From UHGV virus genome UHGV-1356548: 64,000 nucleotides of DNA; one strand, 5' to 3'. Both the position numbers and the translations under genes were made by a program. The notes beneath the pieces are model-generated. The model was not told where the DNA came from and searched no databases. It saw only the letters and a program-made list of their open reading frames with translations. Position 1 is the stretch's first letter. Each line of letters opens with the position of its first letter. Origin of the DNA: a virus. Below, in pieces: positions 1 to 9,814 of this stretch.

Positions 1-51
1 CAGATGACCCTCGTATTCGGGCTGATTTAGAAGCCTCTGCCAACAAACTGG

Positions 52-82
52 AAAAAAAAAAAATGAGAGCATCCTTGCTCTC
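52..82 (-). terminator. rho-independent terminator downstream of nrdD
   Basis: Inverted repeat GAGAGCA-TCCT-TGCTCTC (65-82) followed on the minus strand by a 12-nt U tract (A run 52-63 on plus strand), immediately 3' of the nrdD stop at 94. Confidence 0.55.
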
Positions 83-93
83 CACCTCTTTCC

Positions 94-2232
94 TTATTTA
101 CTCAACGGACAACAGTCTACATTCCCAACATGTTTAACACGTTCGATAACCTCTGCTTGTTTACCTGTGTTATACGGCCTACTGTTCGGGCTGGAGAGAT
201 AGCCAGACACTCTTCGGATCACTGAGATATATTGTTCATCGTGGCATCCGCACGCAGGGCAGCAGAACCCTTTAGCTGTTGCACTGAACTCACCAGAGAA
301 ACCACACTTGAGACATTTATCCACAGGTTGGTTAATACCAAAATACATAATGTGTTTATACCCGAAGTCAACAAGAGCCTCTAAAGCATCAAGGTTGTTT
401 TTCAGGTTAGGTGTCTCTACGTATCCGATGTTGCCACCGGAGGAGATCATAGCAAAACCTTCCTCATACTCCCACTTATCAAAAGGAGAGCTATTGATCC
501 ATACTGGCTGATGGAAACTGTTGGTGAGATATTCATGCTCGTGCTTTAACACTTCTGGATATTCACGATCCAGACAGGTTGCAGCTTTATAGCATAGACT
601 CTCAGAAGGAGTGCCGTACAAGCTAAATGCTAGTCTACTTTCCTTCTTGTATCGCTCACAAGCATCTCTCATGTGCTGAAGGATTCCAAGAGCTAAAGCC
701 TTGTCACCTTCTCTGCCCAAAATCTGACAGGTTTCATACACACCAATGTACCCAATGCTGATGGAAGCGTACCCGTCATAGAAGAGTTTATCAATACTTT
801 CTTCAGGATCCAGGCGAGCAAGAGCGCCTTCACACCACATGATGGGGTTCTGCCCTGCCTTTGTTCCTTTTAGACGGTTAACCCTTACAAGGTGAGCCTC
901 GTATGCAAGATCTAAGTATTCGTCAAGAACTGCAAAGAAATCAACACCTTCCGTCTTAGCTTTTGCCGCAATCATTGGCAGGTTAAGGCTAACAACGCCT
1001 AAGTTAAATCTGCCAAGGTATTTCTCCTCGCCTGTTTCCAAGTCATTGTATTTGCTAAGAAAACTCCGGCAACCCATGCTCGTTACTTTGCCATCTGTCG
1101 AGCCTGTCACTTTTCTATTTAGTGGTACAGATACGAAGTCAGGATAGATACGTTCTGCACAGCATTCCAGAGCTAATCGTTTCAAATCATAGTTAGGATC
1201 TCTAGGGCTCATGTTGACACCCTCTTCTAGGAAGAACAGCACTTTAGGGAACACAGGTGTGATCCGTTCTTCACCAAGACCCATTTTGTGGACTTTCAAG
1301 TAATTTTTGGTAATCATTCTACCAAAGACCGAGGTATCCAGTCCTAAACTTAATGTGATGAATGGAGTTTGCCCGTTGACAGAGGTTAACGTATTGATTT
1401 GATAGAGCAAAGTCTGCATGCTGTCAAACACGTCTTTATCTGTCATTTGCATTGCAACGGTCTCAGCATCTGGCAACCAATGTTCCTGGCAAAATTTAAG
1501 GTTCTTCTCATAGGTCGCTTCAGCATACTGTGCCAGATAATGATCAATATGGCTCATAGTCTGACCACCATATTGAGCACTAGCTACCGCACTGGAGATT
1601 TGGCTAAGGATTGTTGTTGCAACCCCTATTGACTTCGGCTTACTGACATGGGCGTTACCAATGTTGAATCCGTTTTCCAGCATATCTGGATAATTTACCA
1701 AACAACAGTTTGTTAACGGACTGATCAAGTAGTCAAGATCATGCACATGGATGAAGCCTTTATTGTGCTCTTCGGAGACACGGTCTGGCAGGATCTGTGT
1801 TGATGCAAGGTGTTTGCTAAGGATGCCTGCAAGCAGGTCACGATGAGTGTGTACATGATTAGTGGGCTTATTTGCGTTTTCTTTTGTAAATTCATCACAA
1901 GTTCGATCCAAGAAGCCACTAATATCTGCAAGCAGTTTTCCACCTGCCTCTCTGTTATTATCTCTTGTCTGTCTATACTGGATGTATTCTCTGGCTGCAC
2001 ATTTTAAACCCATATCCATAAGAGCATCTTCAACAAGGATATGGATATTTTTTACAGAGATCGTGCACTGGTCGGTTGGCAGATTGTTAGCAACAACTTC
2101 ATTAACCGCACAAGCGATCCGGTAAGCTTCTTCTTCAGTATGTCCAGACTCAAGTAAGGCGGACTCTGCCGCCTTGATCACCTTAATTCCGTTATAGAAC
2201 TCTTCTCTACCGTCCCGTTTTACAACTTTCAC
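94..2232 (-). CDS. nrdD: anaerobic ribonucleoside-triphosphate reductase (class III RNR)
   Basis: 712-aa ORF; C-terminal Cys cluster (CLKCG...CPACGC) followed by glycyl-radical motif RRVSGYL; sits in an nrd gene block. Confidence 0.85.
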   Translation of the reverse strand: MKVVKRDGREEFYNGIKVIKAAESALLESGHTEEEAYRIACAVNEVVANNLPTDQCTISVKNIHILVEDALMDMGLKCAAREYIQYRQTRDNNREAGGKLLADISGFLDRTCDEFTKENANKPTNHVHTHRDLLAGILSKHLASTQILPDRVSEEHNKGFIHVHDLDYLISPLTNCCLVNYPDMLENGFNIGNAHVSKPKSIGVATTILSQISSAVASAQYGGQTMSHIDHYLAQYAEATYEKNLKFCQEHWLPDAETVAMQMTDKDVFDSMQTLLYQINTLTSVNGQTPFITLSLGLDTSVFGRMITKNYLKVHKMGLGEERITPVFPKVLFFLEEGVNMSPRDPNYDLKRLALECCAERIYPDFVSVPLNRKVTGSTDGKVTSMGCRSFLSKYNDLETGEEKYLGRFNLGVVSLNLPMIAAKAKTEGVDFFAVLDEYLDLAYEAHLVRVNRLKGTKAGQNPIMWCEGALARLDPEESIDKLFYDGYASISIGYIGVYETCQILGREGDKALALGILQHMRDACERYKKESRLAFSLYGTPSESLCYKAATCLDREYPEVLKHEHEYLTNSFHQPVWINSSPFDKWEYEEGFAMISSGGNIGYVETPNLKNNLDALEALVDFGYKHIMYFGINQPVDKCLKCGFSGEFSATAKGFCCPACGCHDEQYISVIRRVSGYLSSPNSRPYNTGKQAEVIERVKHVGNVDCCPLSK

Positions 2233-2507
2233 TTTTTCTCTCCAAAACCATTCTTAACAAAAGAGATGAAATCGTCGGCACCGCCTATATGGATACTGTC
2301 AAGATCGCTTTCTAAGAAGATCTGCGGCAACGTTCGGGGGACGATTGGACTACACTTCTCAATAAGCTCTTCTTTTGTGTAGCCCTCGCCAAGTGTCTTA
2401 TATACAAAAGGCAGACCTTTGCTGATTGCAAATTCTTTTGCTCTGACACAATGTGGGCAGTTATCCTTACCGTAAATGATGATGAAAAAAGATTTTTCGC
2501 AGCTCAT
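2229..2507 (-). CDS. glutaredoxin-like redoxin (NrdH/Grx-type)
   Basis: 92-aa ORF with N-terminal CPHC active-site motif (IYGKDNCPHCVRAKEF); 4-nt overlap with nrdD start, between nrdB and nrdD. Confidence 0.7.
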   Translation of the reverse strand: MSCEKSFFIIIYGKDNCPHCVRAKEFAISKGLPFVYKTLGEGYTKEELIEKCSPIVPRTLPQIFLESDLDSIHIGGADDFISFVKNGFGEKK

Positions 2508-2510
2508 ATA

Positions 2511-3599
2511 TTAAAACTCCCAAATTTCTTCTTCAGCGTCGTTAACAGTTGTGTTGACGCGGTAGTCAGTGTTCGACATTTCTTGGTTCGCCGTCTGTTG
2601 CAATGAAGGTTTCATCCACACCTGCATAAACGGTAGCGGGTCCTTTGTTGGCGGCACAAAGTCTTTGTCGATGTCGTAGTAATCATAAATCGGTGAGCAG
2701 TTATAGTCAACCCATTCTTTAAGCAACGGTGAGTTAAGACCTATAATCGCTCTTCCTTCGCTGAAAATATAGTCACTCCAACCGTACTCTTTGGTTCGTA
2801 CTTCATCAAGAATCTCTTTTAACTCCCCTTTTATCTCCAGGAAGCTTTTCTCCCATGCGGGATCGTTAAGCAAGATATCAATGATGGCAAAATCACCTTT
2901 CGAATGTAGCATTTCGTCAAGCATGATTTTTTGAACAAGCTGCGCCACCTGAACAAAAATACCCTGTTCAGCTACTGCGAAAGTGCATGCAAAACTTGCA
3001 ATAAACTCAATACTTTCCAGGGCTAAAAGTGCAAAAAGCGCTCTAAGAATGCATTTCCGCACAATATCTTCTTCAACACTAGAAGGATCCAGGCGGTATT
3101 TTGCACCAATAACCTCAAGCTCTTGCATGTATTTGACAATAACGCCGGATCTGCTCAGAACGTTTTGGTTTTCCTGAATCTCTTCTATAATCTCACGGGC
3201 ATTGGGGAGGCATTGTCTAACAATCTCTGAGTAAGTTAGTGCGTGAAGAACTTCAATCTCTGACTGTTTCATCAATAGAGTGAAAAGCTCACTATTAGTG
3301 ATGAATGGTGAAAAGAGGCAGATGATCGATCTTGCCGCAACGCTATCAGCCTCCCATTGCCACATCAAGGTCTGTACCATCACGTCATAAGTTGACTTTG
3401 AGCATGTTACAAAATCTGAAATAGATTGCGACAAATCCACTTCATCCTCTGCCCAATCTTGCTCTTTTTGTTTTTTGTATAGTTCAAACAGTTGTGGATA
3501 TTTTTTGTTGATAGAGTCGTACATACCCATTTGCTGTCCCAGAAACAGCGGATAGTCACCAGTTTTATGAGCGGTGTTCTCAGCATTAAATACAGCCAT
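2511..3599 (-). CDS. nrdB: ribonucleotide reductase small subunit (class Ia beta)
   Basis: Ferritin-like di-iron type sequence (ESIEFIASFA region); start trimmed to ATG at 3597-3599 (MAVFNAEN) with GAGGTAG RBS, because the longer ORF start at 3659 would overlap the nrdA 3' end and the intergenic hairpin. Confidence 0.75.
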   Translation of the reverse strand: MAVFNAENTAHKTGDYPLFLGQQMGMYDSINKKYPQLFELYKKQKEQDWAEDEVDLSQSISDFVTCSKSTYDVMVQTLMWQWEADSVAARSIICLFSPFITNSELFTLLMKQSEIEVLHALTYSEIVRQCLPNAREIIEEIQENQNVLSRSGVIVKYMQELEVIGAKYRLDPSSVEEDIVRKCILRALFALLALESIEFIASFACTFAVAEQGIFVQVAQLVQKIMLDEMLHSKGDFAIIDILLNDPAWEKSFLEIKGELKEILDEVRTKEYGWSDYIFSEGRAIIGLNSPLLKEWVDYNCSPIYDYYDIDKDFVPPTKDPLPFMQVWMKPSLQQTANQEMSNTDYRVNTTVNDAEEEIWEF

Positions 3600-3609
3600 T
3601 ATTCTACCT

Positions 3610-3630
3610 CTAAAATGGGGCCGAAGCCCC
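3610..3630 (-). terminator. intergenic stem-loop between nrdA and nrdB (attenuator or weak terminator)
   Basis: Minus-strand GGGGC-TTCG-GCCCC hairpin followed by AUUUUA, in the 38-bp gap between nrdA stop and nrdB start. Confidence 0.35.
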
Positions 3631-3637
3631 TTTAAAA

Positions 3638-5953
3638 TTATAGTGCACAGCTTTCGCAATACGGATCTTCAACTGAACTATCTGCAATCAAAGGATAGTT
3701 CTTTCTGGTTTCATCTTCAGCCTGTTTCTTGGCATGAAGTTCCTCTGCCAAGGAGTCACCAGCACCAACCCTAGAGTTTAAATAATACCATGTCTTCATC
3801 CCGAATTTAGTGGCACGGATAAGGTACCCTAACTGCTCCTTCATTGAAATTTTACCATCTTTCAACTTGGTGTAGTCTATGTATAAATCCGCGCTGATTG
3901 CCTGACCTGTGAATTTTTGAATTACAGCATACATATCGATCATGTCGTTAGTATCAACGTCCCAAGCCGAGGTGTAATACTCTTTCAACTCATCATAGTC
4001 AGGAACGATAAACAGCACCTGCCCTTGTGGCGACTTTTTAAAGATAATGTGCTCACGGACAGGATAAACCCCGTTAGTGGTGTTTGTTGCCAGCGAAGAG
4101 CTTTCATTAGGCATATATGCTTCAAGAACGCTATTACGTAGCCCACCATTTTCAATGATTTCTTTACGTAACCCTTCCCAATCCTGTTTAAGAGAAGGAT
4201 CTTTCACCACGCTATCGACCTCTTTGTTGTAGGTGTCGATTGGTAACCAACCTTCTGGATATTTTGTTTTATGCATCCACTCGCAGACACCACGCTCTTT
4301 TGCCAACCGTAAACTTGCCTTATGCAAGCTGTAGCTGTGAAGTTCTGCAAGATCGTGAACGAGCTGTTTACTTTCAGGAGATCCGTAAGTAACCTTGTGG
4401 CTGGCAATAAAATGTGCAACATTGGTAAGGCCAACCCCGATGGATCTGCGTTTTTTAACTGTGCTTTCCATATTTTCATACGGATATGTCATGATTTCCA
4501 TAACATTGTCAATCATAAGCACCGTGTAGTATGCAACATCCTCATACTCCTCTGGGGTAACCCTTCCAGCTACAAGAGATGACAGGAAGCACAATGCAAC
4601 TTCGCCATCATCAACATCGTGCTTGAAGATATTACGCATATCTGAATAGCCTTTTGTCGGGAGAGCTATTTCTGCACACAGGTTACTTGAATAGATCACA
4701 TCTTTAAAAGGTGTATGTCTATTCATCTCATCTGTCCAGTATACGTACAGTCTTCCCACCTCGGTACGCTGCGTGATCAGCTCAACAGCAAGATCTCTAG
4801 CTCGGATCCATGTTTTAGGAATACTGTCATCTTTAGCGATACGATCAACCTCTGCATCAAACTCCTCCATAGACATGGTGAAGATACCCTCATGCAGTTG
4901 AGGCGCGTGCTTATAAGAAACAAGCATCCAATCCAAATTCTTAGCCACACGGTTGATAAACGACCTATTAATACCGATGGAGTAGTCCATGGTGTTGATT
5001 CTTTTTGAAGCAACAGTCATAGGGTTTCTCAAACGGATTAGCTCATCAATCTGCGGGTCCAGTGCAAGGAATGATACTGTTGCAGAACCGCCACGTGATT
5101 GTTGTCTGTTCTCCTTAACCCCAGCATCAATACCTCGATAATATGGAATCTTACCCATATGTTTAATAGTGTTACCACGAACACCATCGCCTGCAGATCT
5201 TGATGATAAATAGTAGCCGATACCTGCTTGGTTAACCGTCATTGTGTACGCAACTTCACGTGCCACACCAATAGATTTTGCTGTATCGTCAGCTTTTATT
5301 ACACAACAAGATGCATACCCTGTCTTACCTGTGCGCAGCCCGTTTAAGTACGGTGTCGGGGCATTGATCTTTAAGTCGGACAGATAAGTGTACAATTTTA
5401 CAACATCGTTGATACGACGTTCTTTCGGCATATTCTTCATGACAGCCATTGCTATCCCCATAAACATCATCTGGGGAGATTCAAACAGGGTGTCTTTAAG
5501 AGTATCCTTGATCCCGTATTTGTCGCGAAACTGTTTAAGGACTGCATAGCCATAACCGAGATCTTTACTGTGGTCAATAACAGCGTCTAAAGTGTTTAGC
5601 TCGGTAAAGCTATAGCCCATATCCTCCCAATACCCTTTCTCAACCATGGTATTGTAAAATGATGGTAAGGAAGGGATCTTTGTAAACCCTCCAAAAGCCT
5701 CTTTATAAATCTGACCAATAAGAACACGACCAGCCATACGGGAATGTGCTTCGTCTTTACGGCTAACACAGGAGTCTATGATAGCTTGGTTAACTTCTTT
5801 GGTTGTACATCCATCATACAGTCGTTTGTATGCATCCAGTGCAATGTGTGACCAATTGCCGTTACCGTCGTCACCGAAAATAGCTGCCTTATTTAAACGT
5901 TCTGGATCGAATGCCACTTCACATCCGTTGCTTTTAATTACCTTGGTGATCAA
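3638..5953 (-). CDS. nrdA: ribonucleotide reductase large subunit (class Ia alpha)
   Basis: 771-aa ORF; N-terminal ATP-cone-like segment (VIKSNGCEVAFDPERL), C-terminal CESC redox pair; directly upstream of nrdB. Confidence 0.85.
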   Translation of the reverse strand: MITKVIKSNGCEVAFDPERLNKAAIFGDDGNGNWSHIALDAYKRLYDGCTTKEVNQAIIDSCVSRKDEAHSRMAGRVLIGQIYKEAFGGFTKIPSLPSFYNTMVEKGYWEDMGYSFTELNTLDAVIDHSKDLGYGYAVLKQFRDKYGIKDTLKDTLFESPQMMFMGIAMAVMKNMPKERRINDVVKLYTYLSDLKINAPTPYLNGLRTGKTGYASCCVIKADDTAKSIGVAREVAYTMTVNQAGIGYYLSSRSAGDGVRGNTIKHMGKIPYYRGIDAGVKENRQQSRGGSATVSFLALDPQIDELIRLRNPMTVASKRINTMDYSIGINRSFINRVAKNLDWMLVSYKHAPQLHEGIFTMSMEEFDAEVDRIAKDDSIPKTWIRARDLAVELITQRTEVGRLYVYWTDEMNRHTPFKDVIYSSNLCAEIALPTKGYSDMRNIFKHDVDDGEVALCFLSSLVAGRVTPEEYEDVAYYTVLMIDNVMEIMTYPYENMESTVKKRRSIGVGLTNVAHFIASHKVTYGSPESKQLVHDLAELHSYSLHKASLRLAKERGVCEWMHKTKYPEGWLPIDTYNKEVDSVVKDPSLKQDWEGLRKEIIENGGLRNSVLEAYMPNESSSLATNTTNGVYPVREHIIFKKSPQGQVLFIVPDYDELKEYYTSAWDVDTNDMIDMYAVIQKFTGQAISADLYIDYTKLKDGKISMKEQLGYLIRATKFGMKTWYYLNSRVGAGDSLAEELHAKKQAEDETRKNYPLIADSSVEDPYCESCAL

Positions 5954-6258
5954 TTTGCTTCCTCCACTTCACTAACGTATTTATCAAGGCAGGTATCAGT
6001 ATCTTGCTGGATAAAAGTATCCTCTTCTACAGAGATATTTATAATTTTACCTGTATACTCGTCATAATAGACATCATCATACATTTTAATATCGTTTGTC
6101 AGGCCATTGAACCAAAGCCAACCAACATACTCTGCCCGGCTTGCAAAACCAAGATCCTTCCACTTGGAGTTATGACTCATCTTCACCACCTTAGCTTTCA
6201 ATACCGAATAATTTTTCCAGGCGATGCAGATCTTCAAAATTGAAAGGTTCATCAACAA
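5950..6258 (-). CDS. hypothetical protein
   Basis: 102-aa ORF, 4-nt overlap with nrdA start; true start may be an internal Met. Confidence 0.3.
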   Translation of the reverse strand: MLMNLSILKICIAWKNYSVLKAKVVKMSHNSKWKDLGFASRAEYVGWLWFNGLTNDIKMYDDVYYDEYTGKIINISVEEDTFIQQDTDTCLDKYVSEVEEAN

Positions 6259-6691
6259 TATGAATATCTTCAGCCTTTTCAGATTGTTTTGTATACTTTC
6301 TTACATTAACACGATCCTCTACAGGGATATCATACGGAAGATCTTGAACAAGCATTGCCTCACCGGGTGCTTTATCTACATCTAAAATATCTACACCGTT
6401 ATACATTTGCGGATATCTAAAGTCTGCACGCATGACACCAGCAAATACATCTGCCTTTCGATAATGTGTTGGCTTATTTTTGCATCGAACGTTTTTTCCA
6501 CGAAGAACATCAATACTTTTTAAATCGAACCCTACGGCAAAGAGTGCAGCTCGGAGACCGTTTCGTGTGCGAACGTTAAACCCGGGAACGGTAGATAGGA
6601 AATCCAAAGTAACTGAAATAAATGTCTTTTTAGGAATCATAACATTACTCATATCTGTCTCCATTTCTGGCTCACTAACAAAGTGAGCCAT
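6191..6691 (-). CDS. hypothetical protein
   Basis: 166-aa ORF in the same operon orientation; no motif recognised. Confidence 0.35.
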   Translation of the reverse strand: MAHFVSEPEMETDMSNVMIPKKTFISVTLDFLSTVPGFNVRTRNGLRAALFAVGFDLKSIDVLRGKNVRCKNKPTHYRKADVFAGVMRADFRYPQMYNGVDILDVDKAPGEAMLVQDLPYDIPVEDRVNVRKYTKQSEKAEDIHIVDEPFNFEDLHRLEKLFGIES

Positions 6692-6750
6692 TATTATAGA
6701 TTATCTGATACTATTAGTCAACACAAAAGTTACCTATCGCTGTGATAGGA

Positions 6751-7734
6751 TTAACCTTTCACGAAGTGGTTATTAAGCAGTTGTCTGTGCTGAACCCACC
6801 CACAAAAGTTGGCAGACCAGAATTTACCATCACGGTCTTGATGGGTTACACCTTCCTGCCAAGTACTGATGTCTTGTGTGATTTCACATGAAGACAGGTA
6901 GTAGTTTAAACGTTCCATTGCGTTATCGTGATCCATAGGTGTTGCCTGGTGCTCGTAAGGGCTTGCATGAATACGATCCCCACCAATCAATTTTTTAGCC
7001 ACACTGTCTGCCTTTTCAAACGTGCTGTCAATATTTCGATAAGATACTTGTGCACAGCAACTAGCACTGATAGACAGAGCTTCTTTAGTATCGAGAATGC
7101 AGAGCTTTCCTTCTGTGTCACGCACAGCGTAGTTAAACTCTCCGTCCAAATAAACGTGCTCTACATATGGGGTGTGCCATTGACCCGGTTTAAGGATTTC
7201 AGGAGTGCTATTCCCAAGAGCCTCCCACATACAATTAGCCAACATCTGAATCGTAGGATCCGCATCGTGCCAGCAACGGAGGTGGAAAAAATTATTCCAC
7301 TCGGTGCTTGTTACAACTGTTTTCATGCGCTGAAAAGGCTCCACTAAGCGGTTACATACTTGCTTATGGTAACCAGCAAGTGCGAACTTCTCTGCATGCC
7401 AGGCTGCATTTTTGGCAGCTTCTTTCCAGAACTCTTCAGGAGAGAACTCAAGATCAGTATACTCTACACGGATCTTCTGATCGTGATCGCCACCATCCTC
7501 CATACCTCGCTGGTTTACACCAAAACGAACTGGCATTGCAGGATTTTCCACAACCTGCTGCAGCATTTTGTTAACAGGTACTGCACGAGAGGACATGGCG
7601 TTTCTGCTGAAAACTCGGTGTGTCATGAGTTCAGAGTGAATGATTCTAGGATACTCTAGCTCAAAAGTGGTTATACGCTTACCTTTCTCGGAAATGCTGT
7701 CAGCAATAATCTTTGCAGTGCACAGTTTTAGCAT
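6751..7734 (-). CDS. thyX: FAD-dependent thymidylate synthase (ThyX-like)
   Basis: 327-aa ORF with an RHR-x7-S-like segment (ELMTHRVFSRNAMSSR) typical of ThyX; nucleotide-metabolism neighbourhood. Confidence 0.5.
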   Translation of the reverse strand: MLKLCTAKIIADSISEKGKRITTFELEYPRIIHSELMTHRVFSRNAMSSRAVPVNKMLQQVVENPAMPVRFGVNQRGMEDGGDHDQKIRVEYTDLEFSPEEFWKEAAKNAAWHAEKFALAGYHKQVCNRLVEPFQRMKTVVTSTEWNNFFHLRCWHDADPTIQMLANCMWEALGNSTPEILKPGQWHTPYVEHVYLDGEFNYAVRDTEGKLCILDTKEALSISASCCAQVSYRNIDSTFEKADSVAKKLIGGDRIHASPYEHQATPMDHDNAMERLNYYLSSCEITQDISTWQEGVTHQDRDGKFWSANFCGWVQHRQLLNNHFVKG

Positions 7735-7934
7735 TATTTAGCTCTCCTTGTTTTAATTTTGGAAATTTCGTCTGGGTTTATGTTGGCCTTAAATGCAAGG
7801 TACCTGTTAAACATATCAGAGCACATATCCTGGGTGATCCTGGAAGCATACACTAGCTTTCCCTCCAGATTATATACCTCTAGCCAGTCTCCGTATCTGA
7901 CTACAGGATCGCCACCTTTAGAACATCTGCCCAT
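7734..7934 (-). CDS. hypothetical protein
   Basis: 66-aa ORF, start/stop overlap with thyX-like gene. Confidence 0.3.
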   Translation of the reverse strand: MGRCSKGGDPVVRYGDWLEVYNLEGKLVYASRITQDMCSDMFNRYLAFKANINPDEISKIKTRRAK

Positions 7935-7935
7935 T

Positions 7936-8529
7936 TCAAATACCTTCTAAAAACTTTCCTATTTTATACCAGCTATTGGCGGTATAGTCAATACTGACCT
8001 TTAACTCCTCGAATTGCTCATAAGGCGTATCTTTTAGGATTTTAATAACTTCAGGTCGTGAAGCGAATTGGTTCAGGTATTCATGCCTGTCGTCAATTAT
8101 AACATCTACAGCCACATTCCCTTTGAAATGTGTGGCGTAGAATCCGTGGCCCTGGGTGTGATCGTCCAGATCCATAAAATCACTGGTCCAACGCTTTAAG
8201 AACCTTGATTTAGATGCAAGGTGACCTTTCTTGCATACCGAGATAAACGCAAGCTTGTGACCACGAGCCACCAAATCTTTCATAACCTCAATAGCCCCCT
8301 CTTCAGGCTTAAGAAAGTCGTAAAGGAACGGGTCACTCCAGAAATCAAAAGGCCCTATGATGTTTTCTTTGGGGCGATCAGGCCAATACTTTGACAGATC
8401 GTAATACATTAACCCATTAGAAGGTTTAGCGACTGTCTTACTGGCTGGACCATACAAACGCTCCAACCACTCCCACCATGCTGTTCCTGAATCTACCAGT
8501 GTCAGATCTACATCAATTCCGATTAACAT
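7936..8529 (-). CDS. HAD-superfamily phosphatase (possible nucleotidase)
   Basis: N-terminal LIGIDVDLTLVD matches HAD motif I (DxDxT). Confidence 0.45.
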   Translation of the reverse strand: MLIGIDVDLTLVDSGTAWWEWLERLYGPASKTVAKPSNGLMYYDLSKYWPDRPKENIIGPFDFWSDPFLYDFLKPEEGAIEVMKDLVARGHKLAFISVCKKGHLASKSRFLKRWTSDFMDLDDHTQGHGFYATHFKGNVAVDVIIDDRHEYLNQFASRPEVIKILKDTPYEQFEELKVSIDYTANSWYKIGKFLEGI

Positions 8530-9140
8530 TCTTCTTGGGCCTCTTTAGCATCAATATACTTGCACACAATCTCCGATGCACACTCCCAAGGTGCACCTTC
8601 AGGGTTTACAACATCAAACTCAACCCCTTTTATTCCGTTCTTTTCCAGACTTAGGTAGGTTCTGGAATCATTTCCCCAGTCATATCCTACACGGTGAATA
8701 CGGAACAACAACAGATCTCCACCTGTACTGTATGCGTACTCACTAAGGCATGCCAGCTCCTCTTTGAATCCCCCATCGGAGTAAACAATAACCCCTTTAC
8801 CTTCAGGGAAATCTTTCTTCAAAGATGTGACTGCGGCTTTACCGAAAGCATCTTCACCAAAGATAGGTTTAATCAGATTTTCACTACAATGGATCATCCA
8901 TTCTCGCGGAGAAACATGCTTGCCGTCTATCATTAAGAAAGGGCAAGGCTCTTCTTTGTAGTGGCGGTCATAAAGGGCATTCCAGAGTTGAGGAGTTACA
9001 CCAGCTGCCTTAATTGCCACACTGAAGAGCATCTCCTTAACCTCACGGTGGTGTGAGTTAGGAATAGCTTCCAACAAGAGATCTGCAATGTGATCCTTAC
9101 CACTGCTGGGTGGGGCGTTAAGAACAATAATATCCATCAA
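8523..9140 (-). CDS. P-loop kinase-like protein (possible dNMP kinase)
   Basis: N-terminal NAPPSSGKDHIADLL resembles the GxxxxGKD P-loop of T4 gp1-type dNMP kinases. Confidence 0.4.
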   Translation of the reverse strand: MMDIIVLNAPPSSGKDHIADLLLEAIPNSHHREVKEMLFSVAIKAAGVTPQLWNALYDRHYKEEPCPFLMIDGKHVSPREWMIHCSENLIKPIFGEDAFGKAAVTSLKKDFPEGKGVIVYSDGGFKEELACLSEYAYSTGGDLLLFRIHRVGYDWGNDSRTYLSLEKNGIKGVEFDVVNPEGAPWECASEIVCKYIDAKEAQEEC

Positions 9141-9340
9141 AAACCTCCGTGGTATTCTTCAACTGCATCAATAATACTTTTACACTTATCTACCAGCTCG
9201 TTAGCCACTACAGCATCGTCTTCCCAAACAGCCTCCTCAATCTGATCAAGCAATGATCGCATCTTACTCATCATTTCTGGGATAAAGTTTTCTGAAAAGC
9301 TGTCTGGAATTGTTAACTTTAGTGTCATTGTGGTCTCCAA
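9137..9340 (-). CDS. hypothetical protein
   Basis: 67-aa acidic ORF with 4-nt overlap to upstream gene. Confidence 0.3.
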   Translation of the reverse strand: METTMTLKLTIPDSFSENFIPEMMSKMRSLLDQIEEAVWEDDAVVANELVDKCKSIIDAVEEYHGGF

Positions 9341-9355
9341 TCATATTATGCGTTA

Positions 9356-9814
9356 TTAGAAGTTTGTTTTTACACGTCCCTTTTCATCAACCTCGTTGTT
9401 AGCTAAAAGCGTTACAAAGTCTGTGAAACGGACATGAAGAACTCTTTTCTTATCAAGGTATCCTAAAGCCACCCCTGAGAAATTTAGCATCAAAGGGGCT
9501 AAAGAAGCTCTGGCACTGAAATGCTGTTGTTCTACCCTTCCAACACCCTTAGTGTAGGATGGGTTAAGATTGTAAGTTCTGAATCCCAGTTTTGTTGGAG
9601 CTTTAGAATTAAAAACAACTTTATAGCGTTTCTTACTCAACTTATGCTCCAGGATAAGCATTCCCTTATCGCCCTTGATAAGTTGAAAATCTGTAAAGTG
9701 CTCTTTTAAGACGAAAGGTAGTGCCAGTCCCATTGCCTGCCCCCTTTGTACCGCTGTCTCACCAAAAGCTTTCGCATCAGTGAGTTCTTTGGTCAAGTCT
9801 ATGCTTTTGATCAT
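9356..9814 (-). CDS. hypothetical protein
   Basis: 152-aa ORF; overlaps the 3' end of the methyltransferase ORF, so the start may be internal. Confidence 0.3.
   Translation of the reverse strand: MIKSIDLTKELTDAKAFGETAVQRGQAMGLALPFVLKEHFTDFQLIKGDKGMLILEHKLSKKRYKVVFNSKAPTKLGFRTYNLNPSYTKGVGRVEQQHFSARASLAPLMLNFSGVALGYLDKKRVLHVRFTDFVTLLANNEVDEKGRVKTNF

Noticed and set aside
308-2125. Short plus-strand ORFs (308-511, 1399-1632, 1810-2007, 1862-2125) inside nrdD, and similar antisense ORFs inside nrdA, thyX and structural genes
   Set aside because: They lie wholly within and antisense to long, motif-supported genes, have no RBS context and show no recognisable motifs; expected frame noise.
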